From Spirochaetia bacterium (GTDB taxonomy: Bacteria > Spirochaetota > Spirochaetia > CAKZLE01), in the NCBI GenBank assembly GCA_963677595.1, contig OY782041.1:4128001-4192000 (forward strand): a stretch of 64,000 nucleotides of DNA, given 5' to 3'. The notes beneath the pieces are model-generated. The model saw only the letters and a program-made list of their open reading frames with translations, was not told the DNA's origin and did no database searches. The position numbers and the translations under genes were made by a program. Every line of letters begins with the position of its first letter. Position 1 is the stretch's first letter. Below are positions 36,807-45,950 of this stretch, piece by piece.

Positions 36807-39122
36807 TTACTGATTATTACGTTCGCAGGTTGTCTGCTCTGCCAGGAAGCCCAGTACATCGTCCGCGGTCACGGGAAGGGAGGTGAAATCACTTCCCAAT
36901 GCATCATTCACGGCATTGATGATCGCCCCCGCCCCCGGGACGGTTGCGCATTCACCGATACTCTTCCCGCCGTAGGGTCCCGGGTACTCTACCCCCTCGA
37001 TGAAGTCAAGGGAGATCGATGCAGGCATTTGAGCAGGCGAGACCATATGGTACCGCTTCAGGTGCCCGTTCTTCAGGGCACCTCCCTCATCGAAGACGAG
37101 CTGTTCTGACAGCGCATAACCTGCTGACATATGGATCCCGCCCTCGAGCTGCCCTTCGATGCCGAGTCGGTTGATCACCTTCCCGACATCATGGACCGCG
37201 GCATAGTCGGTCAGGGAGATGCGTCCGCTCTTCGGGTCGACCAGCACTTCGGCAAAGTGGGCCCCGTATGAGCAGCGTTCGGCCTCGTTCGCATGGGATT
37301 CGGTAAGGGAGAGCCATGTCTGCCTCTTGAGGTGGATCTGCCGCATGAGTTCGCTTCGGGAGAGCATGGCAGTCCCATCCTCTCGGGCATATACGGCATC
37401 CTCAGAGAGCTCGAGCCTGTCAGCATCCAATCCGAGCAGTTCTGCTGCTTCAGTGAGGATACGCTCCCTCATGGAGACGGCAGCCTTCCTGGCTGCTTCC
37501 CCGGAGACGAAGACACCACGGCTCGCATAGTCCCCGAGGTTCCAAGGGCAGAGTTCGGTATCGGAATCGACGGCACGAATCGAAGAGATTGGTACACGCA
37601 GTTCCTCAGCGATGATCATCTTCTGAACCGTCACGGACCCGTTCCCCATATCATGGGTCCCGGTGAAGAAGAGGACGGAACCGTCCTCATTCACCGTGAT
37701 GCGGATCCCGGTGTAGTCCACATGGGCAGGGAATACCCCATTCCCGTAGATCCCGACTGACATCCCTACCCCGCGCAAGTTCCCGTCGACAGGGGAGCTG
37801 CATCGTCGCAATCTATCTTCCCAGTCGAAGAGCTCAGCTCCCCGCTTTACACAGACTATCGGCTGCGGCCTGCCGAAGGAGTGGCCGTAGACGGGATGGA
37901 CACTCTCAGGGGTCACGAGATGCTTCAGCTGGTAGGCGACTGGGTCGATGCCATACGCCCTGGCGATGTTCGTCATATTCGTCTCCAGGGCGAAGTTCAA
38001 CTGGGGTGACCCGTATCCCCTCATAGCCCCGGCTACGGGCATATTGGTGTACAACGGCGTGATGTGAATCCTGTAGTTCGGGAACCGGTAGAGGTTGACG
38101 ATCTTGTGGGCAGTCGCGGCAGCGACATTATGGCTCTGGGTAGCGTAAGCTCCGGCATTGAGCAACATGCGGATATCCTGGGCAAGGATGTTCCCATCTG
38201 TATCGACAGCTGTACGTACCGTCACCGCTGATGCATGGCGGGTCCGTGTGGCGATGAAGGTCTCTTTCCTGGTAAGGACCAGTTTGACCGGTCTCCCGGT
38301 CGCCAGGGCACCGCACACGACGATCGGCTCAAGGATCATCGGGATCTTGGAACCAAAGGCCCCGCCGAGCGGCGGCTTGATGACCCGTATCTCATGACGG
38401 GGCCGGCCAAAGAGGTCGGAAAGCAGCATCCGAACCGCAAAGGTCGTCTGGGTCGTGCTCCATACCGTGATCTTCCCGCTGCTGTCCGTCTCGGCTATGG
38501 CCCCATGGGGTTCCAGGGCCAGGTGGTGGATCGCAGGGGTACTGGTCGTATGGGTGAACACCCGTTCAGCTTCAGAGAATGCGTCCTCAACCTCCCCATA
38601 CCCGACGATGACATCAGCGATATGGTTGGTACCAAGCTCAGGATGGACCAGCGGTCCATCATCATCGGCGAAGGTGGTCTGCGCCGGGAGGTCTCGGTAG
38701 TGCACGGTGATCATCCTGACCGCACGTTCTGCCTGCTCTACGGTGTCAGCCGCGACAGCGGCAACCCGGTCCCCGATGAACCGAACGGTCCGGGAGAATA
38801 CCTGCTCATCCTCGATGATCTCCTGCCCGTCGAACCGCTTCGCACTGTTATACTGCTGCTGAGGTGTGTTCTTCCAGCAGAACACAGCATGGACTCCCGG
38901 CGCCTGCTCAGCGGCAGTCGTATCGATCTCCTCGATGAAGGCATGGGCATGGTCAGAGAGCAGCAGCTTCATGTGCAGCATACCCGGCCGCTCCATATCG
39001 TCGATATACTCGAGCGTACCGAGGGCCTTGGCCTTCGCATCATGGACCGGAACACTGGTGCCGATCACCCTGAGAGCTTCATGGGATACAGCGTTCCTGA
39101 CTGATGCTTCTCTTCTTTCCAT
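36807..39122 (-). CDS. Xanthine dehydrogenase family molybdopterin-binding (large) subunit
   Basis: GGAFGSK, AMRGYGSPQ, DMGNG, ASRG, GQLEGG, GKSIGE catalytic Glu. Confidence 0.93.
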   Translation of the reverse strand: MERREASVRNAVSHEALRVIGTSVPVHDAKAKALGTLEYIDDMERPGMLHMKLLLSDHAHAFIEEIDTTAAEQAPGVHAVFCWKNTPQQQYNSAKRFDGQEIIEDEQVFSRTVRFIGDRVAAVAADTVEQAERAVRMITVHYRDLPAQTTFADDDGPLVHPELGTNHIADVIVGYGEVEDAFSEAERVFTHTTSTPAIHHLALEPHGAIAETDSSGKITVWSTTQTTFAVRMLLSDLFGRPRHEIRVIKPPLGGAFGSKIPMILEPIVVCGALATGRPVKLVLTRKETFIATRTRHASAVTVRTAVDTDGNILAQDIRMLLNAGAYATQSHNVAAATAHKIVNLYRFPNYRIHITPLYTNMPVAGAMRGYGSPQLNFALETNMTNIARAYGIDPVAYQLKHLVTPESVHPVYGHSFGRPQPIVCVKRGAELFDWEDRLRRCSSPVDGNLRGVGMSVGIYGNGVFPAHVDYTGIRITVNEDGSVLFFTGTHDMGNGSVTVQKMIIAEELRVPISSIRAVDSDTELCPWNLGDYASRGVFVSGEAARKAAVSMRERILTEAAELLGLDADRLELSEDAVYAREDGTAMLSRSELMRQIHLKRQTWLSLTESHANEAERCSYGAHFAEVLVDPKSGRISLTDYAAVHDVGKVINRLGIEGQLEGGIHMSAGYALSEQLVFDEGGALKNGHLKRYHMVSPAQMPASISLDFIEGVEYPGPYGGKSIGECATVPGAGAIINAVNDALGSDFTSLPVTADDVLGFLAEQTTCERNNQ

Positions 39123-39134
39123 CCTCTTTCCTGT

Positions 39135-39854
39135 CTAGAAATGATTGATCATGCTGAAGTCTATGATCGTGGGGTTGAACACGATCTCATTATAGCAGAT
39201 GAGATTGTCATGAAGATCATAGAACAACTCGTCCCATACGACCAGGGGGGTCAGTGACCCGATCTTGAACATCTCACTCGCCGCAAGGTCATGTGCCGCC
39301 CGCCACCAGATGGTGGTGAAGGCATACTCAAGGTTACACAGCTTCATAAACCGATCCTTCAGGGTCAATGGCGGGATGTTGTCATCGAAGGGATTCACCA
39401 CAAGGGCCTGCGGGGTCTCGACCCGGCAGATGATCGCCGGGGTATCATCGGCATAGTAGTTCCAGTCGAACGCATAGACATCCCCGCCCCGTATCTCGGG
39501 GATACGGTGTGCGAACAGCTCGGTCGCCTTCGCATTCCGGCTGTGGGACTGCGTCACGGATACCCGATACCCACAGCGTGCGAGGAGGGTCCTGAAATTC
39601 ATATCCTGGTCGATCCGCATCTCCATGTCACAGACTCTCGGATGGCCGAACACGCCCTTCCCCTGCCAGCGAGTAATATACCCGTCACCCACCAGGTCAT
39701 CCATGGCCTGCCTGACGGTGGCCCTGCTCGCCCCCAGTTCCTCGGCCAGCTCCTGCTCGGTCTTGAGCTTGTTGCTGCCGGGCTTCAGGGCGCAGATGGT
39801 CTTGAGGAGCTGTTTCTTGATCAACTGGTATTTCGGTACTCTTGGTTGCGTCAT
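39135..39854 (-). CDS. GntR-family regulator (HutC/UTRA-like)
   Basis: TEQELAEELGASRATVRQAM..L..GYI....GKGVF wHTH. Confidence 0.9.
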   Translation of the reverse strand: MTQPRVPKYQLIKKQLLKTICALKPGSNKLKTEQELAEELGASRATVRQAMDDLVGDGYITRWQGKGVFGHPRVCDMEMRIDQDMNFRTLLARCGYRVSVTQSHSRNAKATELFAHRIPEIRGGDVYAFDWNYYADDTPAIICRVETPQALVVNPFDDNIPPLTLKDRFMKLCNLEYAFTTIWWRAAHDLAASEMFKIGSLTPLVVWDELFYDLHDNLICYNEIVFNPTIIDFSMINHF

Positions 39855-39909
39855 AGGCTTTCCTTATTCCTGAAACGGTTCTGTAACATACAGTCCCAAT
39901 GGGATACCA

Positions 39910-41436
39910 TTAATGGACGATTTCTTCAAGACGTTCCCCGGCCATCATCAGGCCGACAGTCTCGATGGAGACCTCCTTCGGGTCGACCTCGCCCATGATC
40001 TCCCCGTGGCACAGCACGATCAGGCGGTCAGCAAGCGTCATCAGCTCATCGAGTTCCGTGGAGATGTACAGGACTGCCGTCCCCTGGTCTCGCTGGGTGA
40101 TGATCTGCTTGTGGACATACTCGATGGCGCCTACATCCAGTCCCCTGGTAGCATGCATCGCCGTGACAATGACCGGTTCGCCGTGCAGCTCACGGGCGAG
40201 GACCAGCTTCTGCTGGTTCCCACCGGAGAGGCTTGAGACCTTCACGTCGATACTGGGTGTCCTCACATCGAACTTCTCGATGTTCGTTTGGGTGTGCTTC
40301 CTGATGAAAGGCCAGTCGAGCCGACTCTTCCGTGAATGGGGCTCACGGTAGTAGTCATTGGACATGAAGTTCTCCTTGATATCGAGGTCGAGGACGAGGC
40401 CTCGCACATGCCGGTCCTCTGGTATATGGGCCAGCCCCTTCTCCAGGATACTCCTGGGAGTATGACCTGTGATATCCTCACCATTGAGGCAGACCTTCCC
40501 TTCCGTGGGGTTCCGCAAGCCGGTCACTACCTCGAGCAGTTCGCTCTGGCCGTTCCCGTCAACTCCAGCGACACCGACGATCTCCCCTGCATGGACACAC
40601 ATCGAGACCTGTTTGAGTGCCGGCAGTCCCTTGTTATTGTTGGCACAGAGGTTCTGCAGGGTCAGCACGTCCTTGCCTGCTTTACAGGTGCACTTCTCTA
40701 CCTCGAAGTTAACCTCCCTGCCGACCATCAGGCTGGCAAGCTCTCGTTTCGTGAGGTCAGGGGTATTGTCCAGGGTCTCGACGAGCCGGCCTCGGCGAAG
40801 GACAGAGATTCTGTCACTGATCTTGAGGACCTCATCCATCTTATGGCTGATGAAGATCACCGAGAACTCCTGGTCGAGGAACATCCGGATCATGCGGAAG
40901 AGTTCCGTGATCTCCCCCGGGGTAAGTACGGCAGTCGGTTCATCGAGGACGAGGACCCGTGCCCCGCGGTAGAGAGCCTTGATGATCTCCACCCGCTGCT
41001 GCTCGCCCACTGAGAGCTGCCAGACAGGGGTATGCGGGTCAAGGTGCATGCCGTAGGTCTTGGCGAACGCAACGATCTCGTCGGCTGCCTTGTTGATCTG
41101 GAGCAGCGGTTCATGCGCCCGCTTGATTCCCAGCATGATATTCTCGGCTACCGTCAGCTGCGGGACCAGCATGAAATGCTGGTAGACCATCCCGATCCCC
41201 TTCCTGATAGCATCCCGGGCAGTCTCGAAGGCAACATGCTCCCCGCCGAGCTCGATCGACCCGCCGGTCGGGCGGATGACCCCGGAGAGGATGTTCATCA
41301 GCGTGCTCTTCCCGGCACCGTTCTCACCGAGCAGGGAATGGACTTCCCCCTTTCTCAGCGTGAAGTTGATATGGTCGTTGGCGACGACTCCCGGGTAGAC
41401 CTTGGTGATATCTACCATCTTCAGTATGTCCTGCAT
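39910..41436 (-). CDS. Nucleoside-type (CUT2/Nup) ABC transporter ATPase
   Basis: GENGAGKS, LDEPTAVL, LSGGNQQK; paralog of 1173-2705. Confidence 0.93.
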   Translation of the reverse strand: MQDILKMVDITKVYPGVVANDHINFTLRKGEVHSLLGENGAGKSTLMNILSGVIRPTGGSIELGGEHVAFETARDAIRKGIGMVYQHFMLVPQLTVAENIMLGIKRAHEPLLQINKAADEIVAFAKTYGMHLDPHTPVWQLSVGEQQRVEIIKALYRGARVLVLDEPTAVLTPGEITELFRMIRMFLDQEFSVIFISHKMDEVLKISDRISVLRRGRLVETLDNTPDLTKRELASLMVGREVNFEVEKCTCKAGKDVLTLQNLCANNNKGLPALKQVSMCVHAGEIVGVAGVDGNGQSELLEVVTGLRNPTEGKVCLNGEDITGHTPRSILEKGLAHIPEDRHVRGLVLDLDIKENFMSNDYYREPHSRKSRLDWPFIRKHTQTNIEKFDVRTPSIDVKVSSLSGGNQQKLVLARELHGEPVIVTAMHATRGLDVGAIEYVHKQIITQRDQGTAVLYISTELDELMTLADRLIVLCHGEIMGEVDPKEVSIETVGLMMAGERLEEIVH

Positions 41437-41446
41437 GGTCACCTCC

Positions 41447-42385
41447 CTAGTTCTCGCCGCTGTCGAACGGCTTCCCGGAGGCCGCAGGGGCCTGGGACTT
41501 CCCTACCAGCCCGGAAAGGGCCAGGATCGTGAGGATGTACGGCACCATCATAAGGAACTGGTAGGGGATGGCACTCCCTGCTGTCTGCATCTTGATCTGT
41601 ACGGCATCCCCAAGGCCGAAGACCAGGGTCGCGGCAAGGATACCCCAGGGGTTCCATTTCCCGAAAATGACTGCTGCCAGGGCTATATACCCGCGACCGC
41701 TCACCATGTTCTCAGAGAAGAGGTTGAGCAGTCCGAGCGACATGAGCCCTCCCCCGGCCCCGACGAGAAACGAACCGCTGATGATCGTCGAATAGCGGAT
41801 GCCGACCACGCTGATGCCTGCCGTGTCTGCAGCATGGGGATGCTCCCCGACTGACCGGATCTTGAGGCCGGTCGTGGTCTTCTGGAAGATCCATTGGATG
41901 AGCGGTACGGCAAGCAGCCCAAGATAGACAGGGACCATCTGACCAAAGAGAATCTCCCCGATCACCGGTATATCGCTGAGCCATGGGATATGGATGTTGT
42001 TGAAGCCCGGAGCCCTCGCTGCCTGGCTCGATACCCCGAAGATCGTTCGGTTCAATGTCGAAGTCAGGCCAAGGGCGATGATGTTCAAGGCAATACCGGT
42101 CACGATCTGGTTCGCCCGGAGCGTGACGACGATATAGGCGAAGAGGATCCCGACGATCATCCCAGTGAATCCCGCGAAGAGGATCCCCATCCACGGACTT
42201 GCGAACACCCGGGCAAAGAAGACCGCTGAGAAGGTCCCGAAGAGCATCGTCCCCTCGCACCCGATATTGACGACACCGCTCTTCTCCATGATCACCAGCC
42301 CGAGGGCTGCGATCAGGATGGGAGCTGAGGTCCTTAGGTCAGTCGCGAGCAGGTAGGTGAAGACTTCCAGTATCCTATCCATCAC
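41447..42385 (-). CDS. Nucleoside-type ABC permease
   Basis: EKSGVVNIGCEG, GRGYIALAAVIFGKW. Confidence 0.9.
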   Translation of the reverse strand: MMDRILEVFTYLLATDLRTSAPILIAALGLVIMEKSGVVNIGCEGTMLFGTFSAVFFARVFASPWMGILFAGFTGMIVGILFAYIVVTLRANQIVTGIALNIIALGLTSTLNRTIFGVSSQAARAPGFNNIHIPWLSDIPVIGEILFGQMVPVYLGLLAVPLIQWIFQKTTTGLKIRSVGEHPHAADTAGISVVGIRYSTIISGSFLVGAGGGLMSLGLLNLFSENMVSGRGYIALAAVIFGKWNPWGILAATLVFGLGDAVQIKMQTAGSAIPYQFLMMVPYILTILALSGLVGKSQAPAASGKPFDSGEN

Positions 42386-43479
42386 TGAACCTCCTCATTC
42401 GCATGTTCCGTACTCGCAAGGAGCCGCCTCATGTTTCGCTTCTGGAAGAACTGCACATTCTGTCCGATGATAACGAACAGGATGACCAGCCCCTGAAGCA
42501 CGTAGATGACCGATACCGGGACCTTGGCAAGAAGCTGCATCCGGTTTCCCCCGGCACGGAGGAATCCGAAGAGCAGGGCTCCAAGCCCAATCCCGACCGG
42601 TGCATTCAACCCGACCAAGGATACGGCGACCCCGTCAAAACCGTAGCCTGGGGAGAATGCCTGGAGCAGGCGTCCCTGGATCCCCAGGATCTCGACTGCA
42701 CCCGCAAGTCCTCCCATGCTCCCAGCGAGGACCATCGCCAGCAGCATGGTCCGCTCTGGATGCATCCCGGCAGCCCGGGCAGCTTCCATATTATGCCCGA
42801 CGACCCGGATCTCATACCCTTGACGCATCTTCCAGATGAAGAAGTAGTAGAAGACCAGTGCCGCGACGGCGATGAAGAACCCTGCGTGGAGGCGTGTTCC
42901 TGGTATGATCCTGATGAGGGTGGCTGAGTCCAGGATAGGCCGGCTCTCCGGCATGGTGCCTTCAGGAGCCCGCATCGGTCCGGTTACCAGGTAGCTGACC
43001 AAGAAGAGTGCTATATAGTTCAGCATGACGGTCGTGATGATCTCATTTGCCCCGAATCGGACCTTGAGCCAGCCGACGAGGCCTCCCCAGGCGGCCCCGC
43101 CGAGGGCTGCAGCCAGGACGGCTAACGGGAGATGGATGACCATGGGCAGGCCGGCGAAGTTCGTGCCGACCAAAGTCGCCATGATGCCCCCTACATAAAG
43201 CTGTCCCTCAGCCCCGATATTGATCAGGCCGGCCTTGGCGGCGTAGGCATAGCTGAGTCCGGTCAGGATCAGCGGAGTCATCTTCACCAGGGTCTCACAG
43301 ACGGCATTCAGGTTCCCGAACGCCCCGCTGAGGAGGGCTTTATAAGCCTTTACCGGTGAGATCCCTATCATCTTGATGACCAGAGCACCTATAAGGAAAG
43401 CGATCAGGATCGATATTCCCTGTATCAGGATGGGGCGAAGGGTTATTGGGCGAAGTTTCTGCTGGTTGCTGGTATTCAT
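42382..43479 (-). CDS. Nucleoside-type ABC permease
   Basis: NIGAEGQ, NEIITTVMLNYIA, GYGFDG. Confidence 0.9.
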   Translation of the reverse strand: MNTSNQQKLRPITLRPILIQGISILIAFLIGALVIKMIGISPVKAYKALLSGAFGNLNAVCETLVKMTPLILTGLSYAYAAKAGLINIGAEGQLYVGGIMATLVGTNFAGLPMVIHLPLAVLAAALGGAAWGGLVGWLKVRFGANEIITTVMLNYIALFLVSYLVTGPMRAPEGTMPESRPILDSATLIRIIPGTRLHAGFFIAVAALVFYYFFIWKMRQGYEIRVVGHNMEAARAAGMHPERTMLLAMVLAGSMGGLAGAVEILGIQGRLLQAFSPGYGFDGVAVSLVGLNAPVGIGLGALLFGFLRAGGNRMQLLAKVPVSVIYVLQGLVILFVIIGQNVQFFQKRNMRRLLASTEHANEEVQ

Positions 43480-43544
43480 ACAATCCTCATATTCGAATCA
43501 TACCGTTTTGGGCATTCTCAGGTGAATACTGCATGGTCGCAGCT

Positions 43545-43573
43545 GCTCCACCTGTCCTGCAGGCAGGTGGAGC
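43545..43573. other. Intergenic stem-loop downstream of the BMP gene (probable mRNA stability element)
   Basis: GCTCCACCTG...CAGGTGGAGC 10-bp perfect inverted repeat. Confidence 0.5.
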
Positions 43574-43595
43574 TGTTGGTTATGGTAAGATTCCC

Positions 43596-44591
43596 TTATT
43601 CGTACTGTGAGACGTCAAGGGACCCGTCTACCAGCGCTGCAAGGATAGTCTCGATCTGCTCGAGCTGGTCTGCTGAAAGCTCATCAGCCTTCTCCCTGAA
43701 CGGGGCAAGGGCTACGGCATTCTCTGCGAAACCGATGAGGTAGTTCTTGGGTGTGAAGGTCCCGTCAAGGATCTCATTGATCACCAGTTCGTGGCCTGCA
43801 GGCATATCCTCGGTCACACTGGTGAGGATCACGTCCCGAGCCTCAGGTACGGTCTCGTACAGGTCACCGGAAGAACCGATCACGTATGCGCCAGCTTCCT
43901 CAACAGCCTCGATGATACCATGGTTGGTCTCATCAGCATCGGCAACGATGACATCAGCGCCCTCGGCGATGAGGGACTTCGTCATCTCCTTGCCCTTTGC
44001 GATATCGGTGAAGTCACCGGTAAGCAGGAACTTCGCATCGATGTCAGGGTTGACATATTTGGCCCCGGCAACGAATCCCTTCCCCTGGTTCACGATCGGC
44101 GGGATCTCCATCCCCCCGACGAAGCCAACGACACCGGTCTTGGAAGCGATAGCAGCGACAGCACCCTGTACGAACCCGCACTGGAAGTCATACACAAGGA
44201 AGGACCCGAGGTTAGGAGACTGGGAGATGTCAGTACTGTTGATGATGAAGGTGACATCGGGGAAATCAGGGGCGACTTTCTGTGCCGGTGCCCCAAACTC
44301 GAACCCGTGCCCGAAGATGACATCGTAGCCGCTCTCTGCGTATCCGCGGAAGATCTCTTCGTAATCAGAAGCAGGTGTCCGCTCGGTATACGCCATCTCA
44401 GCACCAAACGCCTCTTCCTGGTGCAGCAGTGAGTTATACATCAGGGTATTCCATCCACCGTCATTGATAGGTCCGGGGAGAAGTCCTGCGATCTTCAGCT
44501 GGTCATCAGCAGCTTCCTCTTTAGCACCTGCCGCGAAGACAGTCATACAAGCCAGAATAAGAACTGTTACAAGCAACAATGACTTTTTCAT
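43596..44591 (-). CDS. BMP/PnrA-family solute-binding protein
   Basis: Signal 'VFAAGAKE'; PGPINDGGWN, GHGFEF, GFVGG, GADVI. Confidence 0.9.
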   Translation of the reverse strand: MKKSLLLVTVLILACMTVFAAGAKEEAADDQLKIAGLLPGPINDGGWNTLMYNSLLHQEEAFGAEMAYTERTPASDYEEIFRGYAESGYDVIFGHGFEFGAPAQKVAPDFPDVTFIINSTDISQSPNLGSFLVYDFQCGFVQGAVAAIASKTGVVGFVGGMEIPPIVNQGKGFVAGAKYVNPDIDAKFLLTGDFTDIAKGKEMTKSLIAEGADVIVADADETNHGIIEAVEEAGAYVIGSSGDLYETVPEARDVILTSVTEDMPAGHELVINEILDGTFTPKNYLIGFAENAVALAPFREKADELSADQLEQIETILAALVDGSLDVSQYE

Positions 44592-44686
44592 TGTTTCCTC
44601 CTTGTGTGATTAATGGATTCATATTATCATACAAGTATATGGTTATCAAGATAAATATATATTTGTTTTAAATATTGAGGATTTGT

Positions 44687-45919
44687 ATGTATGAATTATT
44701 GATCACAAACTGTTCGATACCTAATCAGGGCACCAAGGATATTGCCTGTACCAATGGGAAGATCTCCCAAATCGCCGACGCTATTGAGCATACTGCGGCA
44801 AAACAGCTGTATGACGCAGGGGGGAACACGGTACTGCCGTCGTTCATCGACATCCATACCCACACCGACAAGACCCTGCTCTCAGACCGCCTGGAAAACC
44901 GATCCGGGACCCTGCCGGAAGCGGTGAAGCGTACGGGTGAGTACTTTCTGACGGCTGATGGGGAGGATTTCATAGAACGCGGGGAGAAGATGGTCCATAT
45001 GGCAGCAGATCACGGGACGCTCACGCTGCGGTCACATGTGTCAGTACAGGTCCCATTCGGGCTGAAGATCTGGGAAGCGACACGGGTGGTCCAGGAGCGC
45101 TGCAGGGGATTCGCTGACCTGCAGCTCGTTGCCTTTCCCGGGGCTGCAGATACCCTTGTCCCAGGCAATGAGACCTGGAAGCTGCTCGATGCAGCCCTCG
45201 ATGATAACGGAGCCGCCCTGGGCGGATGCCCCACCCTGAGCAATGATCATCGGGCATTCATCGATTCTCTCATCAAACTAGCCAAAGAACATGGGTGCAA
45301 ACTCGACCTCCATGTTGATGAGCATGACCGTCCCAATGCCTCGGTACTCGAGTACCTCGCCGATGCGACCATACGTGAAGGGATGCAGGGACGAGTCATA
45401 GCCGGGCACTGCACCTCACTGTCGGCAGCACCCCAACAGGATGCGGACCGCATCATCGGCAAGGTGCGAGATGCCGGCATCCATATCGTCACGCTCCCCT
45501 CCTGCAACCTCTTCCTGATGGGAAGGAATGATCGGGGGCTCATCCGACGCGGGATCACCAGGGTCTCTGAACTCCTCTCCGCCGGGGTCAATGTCTCTCT
45601 CGCCTCTGATAACATACGGGACCCGTTCAGGCCGTTCGGTAACGGCAACCTCCTCGAGGAGGCCTACCTGACCGGTCAACTCCTCCAGGCGGCTTCCAAA
45701 GAGGAGTTGCTGAAGGTGATCGACATGATCACGATCAACCCGGCGTCTGCCATGGGGCTGGAAGGATATGGTTTGAAGGAAGGGAACCCGGCGAACCTGG
45801 TCGTGCTGGGTCAGCCGGGATTGTATGAAGCCCTGCTCGCGCAGGATGCGGTTCAGGCAGTAGTCTCGAAGGGCAGGATCATCACCGAGCGGAAGAGTAC
45901 GATCACACGAAACCGCTAG
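44687..45919 (+). CDS. Cytosine-deaminase-like amidohydrolase (pterin/creatinine/AtzC-type motifs)
   Basis: HTHTDK, RSHV, DLHVDE, GHC, ASDNIRDPF; GAGGA RBS before ATG 44687. Confidence 0.88.
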   Translation: MYELLITNCSIPNQGTKDIACTNGKISQIADAIEHTAAKQLYDAGGNTVLPSFIDIHTHTDKTLLSDRLENRSGTLPEAVKRTGEYFLTADGEDFIERGEKMVHMAADHGTLTLRSHVSVQVPFGLKIWEATRVVQERCRGFADLQLVAFPGAADTLVPGNETWKLLDAALDDNGAALGGCPTLSNDHRAFIDSLIKLAKEHGCKLDLHVDEHDRPNASVLEYLADATIREGMQGRVIAGHCTSLSAAPQQDADRIIGKVRDAGIHIVTLPSCNLFLMGRNDRGLIRRGITRVSELLSAGVNVSLASDNIRDPFRPFGNGNLLEEAYLTGQLLQAASKEELLKVIDMITINPASAMGLEGYGLKEGNPANLVVLGQPGLYEALLAQDAVQAVVSKGRIITERKSTITRNR

Positions 45920-45950
45920 CTTCCGCTACCTTTAGTGGTTGTATCCGGGA

